From Abditibacteriaceae bacterium (GTDB taxonomy: Bacteria > Armatimonadota > Abditibacteriia > Abditibacteriales > Abditibacteriaceae): a stretch of 64,000 nucleotides of DNA. Numbering within the stretch: position 1 is the stretch's first letter; every line of letters begins with the position of its first letter. A program made the position numbers and the translations under genes. Positions 27,380 to 37,969 of the stretch are shown piece by piece. The stretch spans positions 3,713,651-3,777,650 of the forward strand of contig OZ255721.1 in assembly GCA_965277285.1 (NCBI GenBank), read 5' to 3'. The notes beneath the pieces were generated by a model. That model was not told the DNA's origin and did not search any database. It saw only the letters and a program-made list of their open reading frames with translations.

Positions 27380-28282
27380 ATGAACATCACACTTTATAAC
27401 GCCGCGCGCGAAGACGCTTTATGGCGCGACATGAATCATTTTGGTCGCTTCCTCGTTCGCGGAAAAGACGCCGCGCCATTGTTGCATCACCTGACGACCA
27501 ACGACATCAAAGGCTTGAAAGTTGGACAAAGTTGCGAAGCTGCTCTCATCAACAGCAAAGCGCGAATGCTCGATTTGCTTTCGATTTTTCGCCGCGAAAA
27601 CGATTTTCTGGTTGTCACTTCGCCCAATCGCCGCGAAATGTTCGCGCCGCATTTGCGCGCTTTCGTTTTGTATCGGCAAGATGTAGAAATCGAAGATATT
27701 TCTGAACGCGGCGCGTTGTTCGGATTGTTCGGAGCGCAGCCAAATCGAGTACTCGATAATGAAAACGCATCGTTTTTGGTCGCGCCGACAACACGTTTGC
27801 CGCTCAACGGCGTTCTGCTGGAAAGCGATGCGCGCGACGAATTGACGCAATTTGTTCAACAAAGCGGCGTCAGTTTGTGCGACAACGAAACCTATAACGT
27901 TTTGCGCGTGGAGAGCGGCGTTCCCACGACCGGATTGGAATTGACCGAAGCTGTCAATCCTTGGGAAGCCGGTTTGAACGATACGATTTCGCTCAACAAA
28001 GGTTGCTACAACGGTCAGGAAATCGTGGCGCGCTTGAACACTTATCAGAAAGTGAAACGCAGTCTGCGCGGCCTGAAATTGTCGGGCGACGAAACGATTT
28101 CAATCAAGCTGAAAGCGGATGGAAAAGAAGCCGGTTTTATCAGCAGCCGCGTCGTTTCGCCACGTTTTGGCGCGATTGCTCTGGCGTATGTGCGCGGCGA
28201 TTTCGTGGAAACAGAAACCCAGTTGCAAGTCGAAGATTCATCCCAAACTGCCGTTGTCTGCGACTTGCCGTTCACAAATTAG
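27380..28282 (+). CDS. ygfZ: YgfZ/GcvT-like folate-binding protein
   Basis: KGCYNGQEIVARL signature and a GcvT-like N-terminus. Start at MNITLY, 3 nt after the upstream stop. The longer track ORF from 26603 overlaps the previous gene out of frame. Confidence 0.8.
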   Translation: MNITLYNAAREDALWRDMNHFGRFLVRGKDAAPLLHHLTTNDIKGLKVGQSCEAALINSKARMLDLLSIFRRENDFLVVTSPNRREMFAPHLRAFVLYRQDVEIEDISERGALFGLFGAQPNRVLDNENASFLVAPTTRLPLNGVLLESDARDELTQFVQQSGVSLCDNETYNVLRVESGVPTTGLELTEAVNPWEAGLNDTISLNKGCYNGQEIVARLNTYQKVKRSLRGLKLSGDETISIKLKADGKEAGFISSRVVSPRFGAIALAYVRGDFVETETQLQVEDSSQTAVVCDLPFTN

Positions 28283-28328
28283 TCACATTTCGAGTACTCA
28301 ATTTCGGATTGTAAAGTTGAGGAGATTT

Positions 28329-28946
28329 ATGATGACGATTTCACGAATTGTGTATGAATTGACGACGAAGAAGACGTTGCTCGCGTTGGCTGCGGGCTTG
28401 TTGCTGACGACCGTTGGCGACGTAAATGTGGCAGCCGCGCGCAAGGCGTCAAGTGAAACGGCTTCAGGTGCGCGTTATGTTGCGCCCGATGGCAGCTACT
28501 CTTTTGTACCGCCGCTAGGCTTTCGTTTCAATGCACAACTCGCGGCAAAAACCAAAATAAACCGTGTAAGCGGTGTGGACAAAACGGTAGACGGAGTGTG
28601 GGATGGCCCCAACGGTAGCCGTATAGCCTCGAGTTCCTATCCGGTGAAGAGAACTCCGGCGATGGACGCGAAGATGCTGGACAGCTCCAAAAAATCTTTC
28701 ACGGACTTTTACCATGGCAAGATTCTTTTGGCGCGGTTGCTGGCGAAAGGCAAAGACCTTACGACAGTCGTGATCGGCCAATACGTTTTCCGTTCCGGCA
28801 ACACCCCAATTCCCAGCCATGTCGTGGCCTTCGCTACAGCGCACGGGAACAGGAGCTACGGTTTCGTCTGCGTCATGCGCAGCAGCGACTTCAAGCGCAT
28901 TGGCGCGGAGTTCAACCAATCTATGGCAACGGTGCGTTTAAAGTAA
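28329..28946 (+). CDS. Hypothetical secreted protein
   Basis: GAGGAG RBS and a signal-like segment LLALAAGLLLTTVGDVNVAAA. Confidence 0.6.
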   Translation: MMTISRIVYELTTKKTLLALAAGLLLTTVGDVNVAAARKASSETASGARYVAPDGSYSFVPPLGFRFNAQLAAKTKINRVSGVDKTVDGVWDGPNGSRIASSSYPVKRTPAMDAKMLDSSKKSFTDFYHGKILLARLLAKGKDLTTVVIGQYVFRSGNTPIPSHVVAFATAHGNRSYGFVCVMRSSDFKRIGAEFNQSMATVRLK

Positions 28947-28994
28947 ACACGACATCAAAGAACTTGTTTCGCGTACTCGAAATCCTTACTGCTC

Positions 28995-30185
28995 ATGACG
29001 AACGATTTTTTCGATGCTGCTTTGACGCCCGAAAACGACAACGTGGCTTCGCGCGCGCAACGCTTGATCGCCGAACTCAAAGCGAAGAAAGAAGCCGAAG
29101 CTTCGCCACCTTTGCAAACAGCGGCGCCGCGCGCTCGTTCATCGCGTCCCGGAGCAAAGGCGCGCGACATGAACAAGCGGATTCGTGATCTGGTGCGCGA
29201 GCAAGAAAACGCGCTTTATACAACATCTGTAACAACGTCCGCCAAGTCATCAGACCCGGAATCGAGTACTCGATCTGCGTCTTCATCAACTTCATCGTGG
29301 GAAGAAATTGCCGATGAAGTCGCGGTTTCGCAAGTTGGGCACACGCGTGGTTTGGCGACAGGCGCTATGCGAGGTGCTTCGGTTGGAAGTGCGAAAACAG
29401 AAGTTGCCGCGCCACGTTGGTTGGCTGAACCTGCGGCTCCACGCGCGATTTTGTGTCCACCTTTTGCGCCTGATATTCCTTTGCACCAAGCTCTCCAAGG
29501 TGAAGAAAAAAACTGCGAAGTTAATGGCGCGCATTATCTGGTTTCGCGCGCTGCCAGAGATTACGATGCAGCGTTCGCTGATTTATCGCAACGCTTGCAT
29601 CAAGTACTCGAAAGCGAAAGTTTTCCGGTTCTTAGCGGCGCCAATGTCGAAGATTTGTTGTTCGTCGATATTGAAACGACTGGACTTTCGTCGTCCGTTC
29701 CACTCTTCCTGATCGGCGCTTTGCGCATGGACGGCGAACCGCGATTGGACTTGTTCCTTGCGCGCGATTTGCCCGAAGAACGCGCGTTGCTGGCGGCATT
29801 TAATCAACTCGCAGAAGGGAAAACGTTGGTTACTTTCAACGGCAAATCGTTCGATTGGCCATATATCGAAGGTCGCAGCCGCGCGCATCGTTTAACGCCA
29901 GCGAAGCCGCATGCGCACTTCGATTTGCTACATCACGCGCGACGAAACTGGAAGCACAATTTGCCCGATTGCAAGTTGCAAACGCTCGAGCTTTATTTGT
30001 GTGGACGCACGCGCGTCGATGATGTCGCAGGCCGCGAAATCCCGCGCACTTACCACGAATTCGCGCGCACGCATGCCGAAAACCAGACCGGCGCGCACCT
30101 GATGTCGCCGATTTTACATCACAACGCGCTCGACATTTTGACGATGGCCGAACTCTTGTGCGTGATGACCGAGAAGCAAAAATGA
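28995..30185 (+). CDS. RNase H-like (YprB/PolB-exonuclease-like) domain protein with a disordered N-terminal half
   Basis: LLFVDIETTGLSSSVPLFLIGAL and LVTFNGKSFDWPYIEGR are typical of the RNase_H_2 (YprB) family. Confidence 0.75.
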   Translation: MTNDFFDAALTPENDNVASRAQRLIAELKAKKEAEASPPLQTAAPRARSSRPGAKARDMNKRIRDLVREQENALYTTSVTTSAKSSDPESSTRSASSSTSSWEEIADEVAVSQVGHTRGLATGAMRGASVGSAKTEVAAPRWLAEPAAPRAILCPPFAPDIPLHQALQGEEKNCEVNGAHYLVSRAARDYDAAFADLSQRLHQVLESESFPVLSGANVEDLLFVDIETTGLSSSVPLFLIGALRMDGEPRLDLFLARDLPEERALLAAFNQLAEGKTLVTFNGKSFDWPYIEGRSRAHRLTPAKPHAHFDLLHHARRNWKHNLPDCKLQTLELYLCGRTRVDDVAGREIPRTYHEFARTHAENQTGAHLMSPILHHNALDILTMAELLCVMTEKQK

Positions 30186-31141
30186 CGCTTTCTTTTGATG
30201 ACGTTTTAACCTCGCATAATCTGCAACTCAAGCGCACAAAAACGCGCGTTTTGCAACTCAACATCGGCAAAAAATGCAACCAGACCTGCGCGCATTGTCA
30301 TGTCAATGCTGGGCCGAATCGCACCGAAGAAATGTCGCGCGAAACGATAAATCGAGTACTCGAATGGCTCCAAAATACGGATATTTCTACCGTTGATATC
30401 ACCGGCGGCGCGCCCGAACTCAATCCACACTTTCGCTATCTGGTCCAACAATTGAAAAGTTTTGCGCGCCCGATTCACGTCATGGACAGATGCAATCTGA
30501 CGATTTTATTTGAGCCGAACCAAGGCGACTTAGCCGAGTTTTTAGCGCATCATCAGGTTGAAATCATCGCATCGTTGCCGTGTTACAGTTTGGAAAACGT
30601 TGATAAACAAAGGGGAAATGGTGTTTTCGACAAGAGTATTGCGGCGTTGCAAAAGCTGAACGCGCTGGGTTATGGAACTGATTCTGCTTTGTCGTTGAAC
30701 TTGGTTTACAATCCCGTTGGCGCCTTTTTGCCAGGCGCACAAAACGAACTCGAAGCAGCATATAAAGACGAGTTGAGGAAGCATTTTGGGATCGTGTTCA
30801 ACAACCTTTATGCTTTGACCAATATGCCGATTGCGCGTTTTGCGAACTTCTTGAAACTGACGAATCAGAACGAAGAATATGCCAGCTTGCTCATTCAATC
30901 GTTTAACGTAGGCGCTGTCGAAGGTTTGATGTGCCGCGATACGATCAATGTCGGTTGGCGCGGCGAAGTTTACGACTGCGATTTCAATGGAATGCTGGGT
31001 TTGCAATGGAAAAATGGCAAACCTTTGTTCTTGTGGGATATTGAACCGCAAAATGTCGCAGGACGCGCGGTTGCAACGGGCGCACATTGTTTTGGTTGCA
31101 CGGCGGGCGCGGGTTCAAGCTGCGGCGGCGCGACTGTTTAG
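30182..31141 (+). CDS. Radical SAM protein with C-terminal Cys-rich domain (ArsS-like)
   Basis: CNQTCAHCH (CxxxCxxC), TGGAPELNP and C-terminal DCDFNG...HCFGCTAGAGSSCGG. The ATGA start/stop overlaps the upstream gene. Confidence 0.8.
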   Translation: MTLSFDDVLTSHNLQLKRTKTRVLQLNIGKKCNQTCAHCHVNAGPNRTEEMSRETINRVLEWLQNTDISTVDITGGAPELNPHFRYLVQQLKSFARPIHVMDRCNLTILFEPNQGDLAEFLAHHQVEIIASLPCYSLENVDKQRGNGVFDKSIAALQKLNALGYGTDSALSLNLVYNPVGAFLPGAQNELEAAYKDELRKHFGIVFNNLYALTNMPIARFANFLKLTNQNEEYASLLIQSFNVGAVEGLMCRDTINVGWRGEVYDCDFNGMLGLQWKNGKPLFLWDIEPQNVAGRAVATGAHCFGCTAGAGSSCGGATV

Positions 31142-31254
31142 AGAGTGTTCTGGAAGCGGAACACGGAGGCTTCGCCCACACAGATTGAACGGATGAACAC
31201 GGATCGGATCAAACCAGACGACATCTATGTTCCTTCGTGTCCAAAGGCCGCGTC

Positions 31255-31480
31255 ATGATTTTTCGCTCGCGTTTGCGCGAAGAACATCATTTCGAGTACT
31301 CGAAAGTGGCTGAAGAAACCGAGCGTTTGGCTCGCGCGCTGCCAAGTTTTGTTCAAGACTTTTGCGGCGCCGGATGGCGAGCGATGTTCGGTGGTCGAGT
31401 ATTGGGAATTGCACAACGCGTGGGCACAACATCCGCACCATCGCACGACGCAAAAGTTGGGACGCGAAAAGTTCTACAGT
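31255..31480 (+). pseudogene. Possible frameshifted ABM (antibiotic biosynthesis monooxygenase-like) domain gene
   Basis: Frame 1 reads MIFRSRLREEHHFEYSKVAEETERLARALPSF. After a shift near 31340-31350, a second frame reads TFAAPDGERCSVVEYWELHNAWAQHPHH, which is the ABM pattern (..E.W.s..A...H..s.H). Confidence 0.35.
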
Positions 31481-31558
31481 GATTCTTCAATTTCTGTGGC
31501 GCAAGTTATACGCAGCCGCACTTTTATCTACATACAAGATCAATTTTTAGGAGACCGA

Positions 31559-32212
31559 ATGTCCGAATCGAATGTCGTACACGAAGATGTCAAAGCGAAT
31601 CGCCAGGCCGCGCACGAGATTGACGCGACGTTTCTCAATCGCTGGTCGCCTTATGCGTTTTCGTCCGAACCGGTGGACGAAGAAGCCTTGATGAGCGCCC
31701 TTGAAGCGGCGCGTTGGGCGGCCAGTTCTTACAACGAACAGCCGTGGCGTTTTCTCATCGCGCGCAGCCCCGAAGATCACCAGAAATTCGTTGATTTTCT
31801 GCTGCCACAAAACCAGGCATGGGCGAAAAATGCGCCGGTTTTGTTGGTCGTTGTGACTAAGAAAACCTTCAGCCACAACGGTCAACCAAACGGTTGCCAT
31901 CAATATGACGCAGGCACCGCATCCGGTTATTTGACATTTCAACTGACGCGAAATGGCCTGCATTCGCACGGCATGGCCGGTTTCGATAAGGAAATGGCGC
32001 GCGCAAGTTTGGGCATTCCAAGCGATTTTGAACCGATGGCGGTTTACGCGATTGGACATCACGGTGATAAGTCGCAGTTGCCCGAAGCCATGCAGCAACG
32101 CGATTCCCCGAGCAGTCGCCGACCTTTGAGCGAAAGCGTCATGGAAGGCCATTTTATCGAGCCGAAAGAAGAGAAAGCTGAAGCCGATACCATCACACCG
32201 GATGTGAAATGA
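31559..32212 (+). CDS. Nitroreductase family protein
   Basis: LNRWSPYAFSSEPV...EAARWAASSYNEQPWRFLIA, with an AGGAGA RBS. Confidence 0.85.
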   Translation: MSESNVVHEDVKANRQAAHEIDATFLNRWSPYAFSSEPVDEEALMSALEAARWAASSYNEQPWRFLIARSPEDHQKFVDFLLPQNQAWAKNAPVLLVVVTKKTFSHNGQPNGCHQYDAGTASGYLTFQLTRNGLHSHGMAGFDKEMARASLGIPSDFEPMAVYAIGHHGDKSQLPEAMQQRDSPSSRRPLSESVMEGHFIEPKEEKAEADTITPDVK

Positions 32213-33087
32213 CGACTTTCAATCGAGTACTCGTTACCGGCGCCAACGGCCAACTGGCGCAAGCGATCCTTCGTTTCGCGCCCGAAAAATCGGACTGTAT
32301 CGGCTTGACACGAACTCAACTCGATATTTGCGACCGCGAACACGTCGCGCGCGTTTTCGACGAAGTGAAACCAAACCTCGTGATCAACGGTGCGGCGTAT
32401 AACTTGGTCGATAAAGCCGAAAGCGATGGGCAGGGCGACGCTTTGCGTGTCAATGCGCAGGGCGTCGCCGCGCTTGCCGAAGCCTGCAAAAAAGCCGACG
32501 TTCCACTGGTGCATTTCTCGACCGATTTCGTCTTCGATGGCGAAAAGCGAACTCCTTACACCGAAACTGATTGCCCGCGTCCTTTGGGCGTTTATGCAGC
32601 TTCCAAACTGGCCGGCGAACACATCGCGCTGTCATCGAGTACTCGAAACCTGGCGATTCGTGTGTGCCGCGTCTTCGGCCCGCTTGAACACGGCGGCAGC
32701 ACGCAAAAACCGGCGGGAAATTTCCCGTTGTTGATGATGAAACTGGGCCGCGAGCGCGACAAACTGCGCGTCGTCAACGACCAGATCGGAACGCCGTCAC
32801 ACACGCACGACCTGGCGAAAGCTTTATGGCAATTGGTTCAAAACGAGCAAGCTGGACTGTTTCACCTGTCAAACGCCGGAGAAGTCGCCTTCGATGAATA
32901 CGCGCGCGAAGTGTTTCGCTTGGCGAACATCAACTGCGAAGTCGAATCCATTTCCAGTCAGGAATACGGCGCGCCTGCACGTCGGCCTTTGTATTCGACC
33001 TTGAGCAACGACAAAGCTCATTCTGTTGGCGTCACGCCATTGCGCCATTGGAAAGACGCGTTGCGCGAATTTGTCGAAAGTTCGTAA
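32209..33087 (+). CDS. rfbD: dTDP-4-dehydrorhamnose reductase
   Basis: RVLVTGANGQLAQ, YAASKLAGE and a RmlD-like C-terminus. Confidence 0.85.
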   Translation: MTTFNRVLVTGANGQLAQAILRFAPEKSDCIGLTRTQLDICDREHVARVFDEVKPNLVINGAAYNLVDKAESDGQGDALRVNAQGVAALAEACKKADVPLVHFSTDFVFDGEKRTPYTETDCPRPLGVYAASKLAGEHIALSSSTRNLAIRVCRVFGPLEHGGSTQKPAGNFPLLMMKLGRERDKLRVVNDQIGTPSHTHDLAKALWQLVQNEQAGLFHLSNAGEVAFDEYAREVFRLANINCEVESISSQEYGAPARRPLYSTLSNDKAHSVGVTPLRHWKDALREFVESS

Positions 33088-33432
33088 AGGAGAAGCAATT
33101 GGTCAACACTCTTGCTTCTTCTTTATTTGGCATCTAAATCTCGTCTGGTTTTTGGGAGAAAGAGATAAAGTTCCATAGCCTTCCACGGCGAGGTGATTGG
33201 ATCAAACTCCGAAACAAAGAAATGGGCGACTACTTTGCCTTTCAAGTTAAGCAAGTCACTCATCAAGAAGAGGGCTTACCAGAACTCATGCTTGATGTTC
33301 TAAAATGCAGTGAAACGGAATACTAATTGTTTGAAGAAAAAGAGCTTGATGAGTATGTTACGTCGTATGTAGCAGAAGGATGGATGCTGAAGTCTCGCAA
33401 TGAAAACAGACTTTATCAAAACCATAGTCAGT

Positions 33433-33482
33433 AAACTAAAAAGTGCACCAATCGAGTACTCGATTGGTGCACTTTTTAGTTT
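33433..33482. terminator. Perfect 50-bp palindrome centred on TCGAGTACTCGA
   Basis: AAACTAAAAAGTGCACCAATCGAGT|ACTCGATTGGTGCACTTTTTAGTTT, verified base by base. It lies immediately 3' of the minus-strand gene ending at 33487. Confidence 0.85.
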
Positions 33483-33486
33483 GATG

Positions 33487-33936
33487 TCAGCTTTCTTCAC
33501 TGCGCATTTGCACATCATCAACGGTGCCGTAAATATCGCCGTTATCGCTAATGACCAAAGCGTCGTTCGCAATTAAAACCGGCAGTTGCGATAGGCCTTG
33601 CAAAAATTGCGTTAGCTTGTCGCCCGAAGTCGCCAAGGCTTCTTCGCGGCAATAAACCACAATCAGTTGATGCTCGAAGTGCGAAGCGACGCGTCCGCGC
33701 AGAAATCCATCGTAATCGGGTTCATCGTCAAGAATATGCTCATAACCGCGCGGCGTGTTCTTCAGATGCGAATCGCGCGCGTTATGAAGTTTGCCGTCCG
33801 GATAAATCCAGAACACGAAATCGGGATCACGGTGCGTGAACTCTTTGATCGCGTTGCGACGCCTGCGAAACTTTTCCGCCAGAAACGGAAAAGTTTCAGC
33901 CGCTTCTTCGCGCGCCATAGAGCCAATTGAGATCAT
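33487..33936 (-). CDS. Hypothetical protein
   Basis: ORF 3 nt downstream of the ThuA-like gene, so probably co-transcribed. No motif recognised. Confidence 0.6.
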   Translation of the reverse strand: MISIGSMAREEAAETFPFLAEKFRRRRNAIKEFTHRDPDFVFWIYPDGKLHNARDSHLKNTPRGYEHILDDEPDYDGFLRGRVASHFEHQLIVVYCREEALATSGDKLTQFLQGLSQLPVLIANDALVISDNGDIYGTVDDVQMRSEES

Positions 33937-33939
33937 GAT

Positions 33940-34710
33940 TTACGAACGTCGAGCGCACCACAAAACGGCGTTGTGCAGAACTTTTTGCACGTTTTCGTTG
34001 TGGTATGTGCCAACAGTTTCGTGGCCTGGACGGAAATAGAAAACGCGACCAACGCCTTCGCCTTGATTAGCGCCCATGCCTTTGCCGGACGTGAACTCTT
34101 CGTCAATGCCTTTGCCAACCGTGACCGTGAAACCGCACGGGAAATATTCGCCGCCATGCGGGAAATACGATTGAAAAACCAAGGTTTGAAATGGCGGTGC
34201 GCCAAAAGGCGAACCATACATTTCTTCTTTGTCCAACACAAAATCTTCGATGCCTTGCGCAATCGGATGACGCGGCGCGCAAACCGTGACTTCTTCGGCT
34301 TCAAAACCTTCGATTTCTCGCCATCCGCCTTTAAGATGACCCGTCGCGCCAAGCACTTGACGGTACGTTTTCGAGTAATGTCCCGAATGCAAGGGCATAA
34401 ATCCCAATCCGTTCTCGTGGACAGCGCGACGCACGAGTTCAGCGGTTTCGTCCGTCACTTCGCCGTGACGTTGGTGGCCCCACCAGAGCAGCACGTCAGT
34501 GTTGGCCAGCGCTTCTTCTGTAATACCTTGCGAAGCGTCATCAAGATTCGCGGTGGTAGCCACGATCTGACCGGCGCCCAGTTTGTTCAAGGCATCGGCG
34601 ATAGCACCGTTTAGGCTGTTCGGATAAAGTTCTTTGGAAGCGTGCGAGGGATGTTCATCCCAGACGAGGACGCGTACAGGCGCGAAAGCAACATTAGACA
34701 TAGTTGGCAT
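33940..34710 (-). CDS. ThuA-like (trehalose utilisation) domain protein
   Basis: VRVLVWDEHPSHASKELYPNSLNGAIADAL is a typical ThuA N-terminus. Confidence 0.8.
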   Translation of the reverse strand: MPTMSNVAFAPVRVLVWDEHPSHASKELYPNSLNGAIADALNKLGAGQIVATTANLDDASQGITEEALANTDVLLWWGHQRHGEVTDETAELVRRAVHENGLGFMPLHSGHYSKTYRQVLGATGHLKGGWREIEGFEAEEVTVCAPRHPIAQGIEDFVLDKEEMYGSPFGAPPFQTLVFQSYFPHGGEYFPCGFTVTVGKGIDEEFTSGKGMGANQGEGVGRVFYFRPGHETVGTYHNENVQKVLHNAVLWCARRS

Positions 34711-34791
34711 CTCCTAAAGGTTTGAACGCAGTTTAATCGAGTACTCGATTTGCGAACACAAAAATATTTCTAAAAAGTTTTCTGAAAAGCC

Positions 34792-34820
34792 TTGACGCAC
34801 CCCGGCAAAGTCCCTATAAT
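34792..34820 (+). promoter_or_regulatory. rRNA promoter P1 (sigma70-type)
   Basis: TTGACG (34792-34797), 17-bp spacer, TATAAT (34815-34820). Preceded by TTTTCTGAAAAGCC, which is repeated at P2. Confidence 0.75.
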
Positions 34821-35024
34821 CTTCTCTTGTCCGATGATGCGATTCGCTCTTCTTTGTGAAGACATCGCAAAAACGAGACGGAACCTTGACGAACATTCGA
34901 CGTTTGTAACTTCACCAAGCAGTTACTCCTCAGCCGCAAACTACTGAAGCCAAATCCCAGCAACGGGTCAAGTTCATTCAGCAAGTGCTTCAAAAAAAGT
35001 TGAAAAACTTTTTTCTGAAAAGCC

Positions 35025-35053
35025 TTGACACGCTCTGAAGAGTCCGGTAGAAT
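35025..35053 (+). promoter_or_regulatory. rRNA promoter P2 (sigma70-type)
   Basis: TTGACA (35025-35030), 17-bp spacer, TAGAAT (35048-35053). Same upstream TTTTCTGAAAAGCC block as P1. Confidence 0.7.
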
Positions 35054-35111
35054 TACTCCTTGCCTGTCACGAAGAACGCTTCAAAAACAAGCGTAAAACG
35101 AGATGCGGCGC

Positions 35112-35140
35112 GCTCTTTGAAAACTGAATAGTGTTTTACG
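35112..35140 (+). promoter_or_regulatory. BoxA-like element and 5' half of the 16S processing stem
   Basis: GCTCTTTGAAAA matches the boxA consensus GCTCTTTAACAA at 10 of 12 positions. TGAAAACTGAATAGTGTTTTACG (35118-35140) is complementary to 36939-36961. Confidence 0.65.
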
Positions 35141-35310
35141 AACAAAAAAGCCAGTGTTGTTTTTGTTGCTTTATTGAGCAATGAAAACAATGCAAAAATT
35201 GATGTGCGAGCTTCAGGTCATTAAAGTCTTCTTTTACTTTCGAGTAATTGAAGCAACTCCAAAACTGCTGACGATTTTAACTTCGGTTGAATGAATCACC
35301 TTTTTCTTAT

Positions 35311-36831
<1,521 letters not shown>

Positions 36832-36938
36832 TGGAGCAACTTCAAGTAATGCCCAAGACTTCGGTCTTTCGCATGAACGACATCAGCTCAGAATCTTCTC
36901 AAACATCAAGGGCTTCTCGTTCTGACCTGAGCGAGAAT

Positions 36939-36961
36939 CGCAAAACATTATTCAGTTTTCA
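36939..36961 (+). promoter_or_regulatory. 3' half of the 16S processing (RNase III-type) stem
   Basis: CGCAAAACATTATTCAGTTTTCA pairs with 35118-35140 with 2 mismatches or wobbles. Confidence 0.65.
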
Positions 36962-36981
36962 GTGTGCGAGTCGCACACAAA

Positions 36982-37021
36982 CATAAAGCCGCTTATCGAG
37001 TACTCGATAAGCGGCTTTATG
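36982..37021. terminator. Perfect 40-bp palindrome centred on TCGAGTACTCGA, downstream of the 16S gene
   Basis: CATAAAGCCGCTTATCGAGT|ACTCGATAAGCGGCTTTATG, verified base by base. It lies 150 nt after the 16S 3' end. Confidence 0.8.
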
Positions 37022-37025
37022 CGTT

Positions 37026-37891
37026 ATGATTGAAATTATGATTCGATTCAAAACTGCCTTGCTTGTCCTATGCGTTTTTCTTTCATGCGGCTTGTTTTCT
37101 TCTAAGCCGATGGCAAGGGCGGCAGTTGGTGAATCTCCACGGCCGCCATACCAAGAGCCGTATCGAGAAGAATTGCGTTCACCCAATGGACGATGGGCGT
37201 TGAGTTCTCCGCCTGCTTACAATTCGCCAGCGGCCTTATTGGTTTGGAGCGTTCGCAGCAGGAAATTGTTGAAGAAAATTTCGTTTCCTTGGAGTTACCT
37301 AACACCATTGGCTTATTCGCGTTCAGGTCGTTTTTTGCGACCAGCGGGGAAACTGGCTCGCAAGATCGTATTTATTCACAGGTTTGGGGTGCGCGGACGT
37401 GGCGCTCCATTCTTTCTCTAGAAGATTCAGTGAGTGACTCGAGTGAAGAAGCTTATCTTGGACGTTTTTCCGATGATGGCAAGGTTTTGACAACAGTCAA
37501 TTACAACCACATTGAAAAGTGGAAGTTGCGGGATGGAAAGCGTTTCAAAACGATTCCTTTAGAATTCGCTGCAACGGACGAAGATGGTATAGAAGCAAAA
37601 ATATCGACGAGTGGTTCGTTGTTGTTGATGGCAACAGGTTTTCGTATCGCATTGATGGAAACGAGCGATGGCAAAGTTTTGCAACAATTCAATCGGCATA
37701 CATATAACAATTCCCTGACTCTTTCGCCCGATGAAAAACTGGTGGCGGAAACGGATTTCAAAAATCGTCTGCGCGTCTGGGAAACGCGAACCGGCAAAAC
37801 TTTGTGGGAACTGAGTCCAAACGACGCGACTACGGTTTTTAGCGACAACTCGCAGCGCCTCAAGTTTTTACTTGGAAGGAAAAGGCCGTGA
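37026..37891 (+). pseudogene. WD40/beta-propeller-like lipoprotein gene interrupted by a frameshift at a T6 run
   Basis: ORF 37026-37421 has a signal peptide with FLSC lipobox, SPNGRWA and LAYSRSGRF. ORF 37193-37891 in another frame continues ATSGETGSQDRIYSQVW...LRVWETRTGKTLWEL. The frames join at TTTTTT (37331-37336), and one extra T would restore a single ORF. Confidence 0.5.
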
Positions 37892-37969
37892 GGAATGCGC
37901 GAACCGGCGCTGTCGTTCCTCAATCGAGTACTCGATAATCGGCTTTTTGCGTTGAGCTATCTTCGCTTG

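Noticed and set aside
26603-28282. A 559-aa ORF suggesting a single large protein.
   Set aside because: Its first 259 codons overlap the 25647-27377 membrane-protein gene out of frame and look like Arg-rich noise. Recognisable YgfZ homology starts at the ATG at 27380, 3 nt after the upstream stop.
33088-33432. An AT-rich 350-bp non-coding stretch containing a short ORF (33222-33326, MGDYFAFQVKQ...SETEY) that continues in the same frame after a TAA (LFEEKELDEYVTSYVAEGWMLKS...). There is also the track ORF 33300-33572 on the minus strand.
   Set aside because: It could be a relic of a small gene with an in-frame stop. I recognise no family, there is no RBS, and the ORFs are very short, so the evidence is too weak to call a gene or pseudogene.
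36832-37025. A search for tRNA-Ile, tRNA-Ala or the start of a 23S gene after the 16S, and for tRNAs elsewhere in the window.
   Set aside because: I could recognise no cloverleaf-compatible sequence, T-loop GGTTCGAATCC-type box or 23S 5' sequence. The region holds only the processing-stem half and a palindrome before a protein gene.
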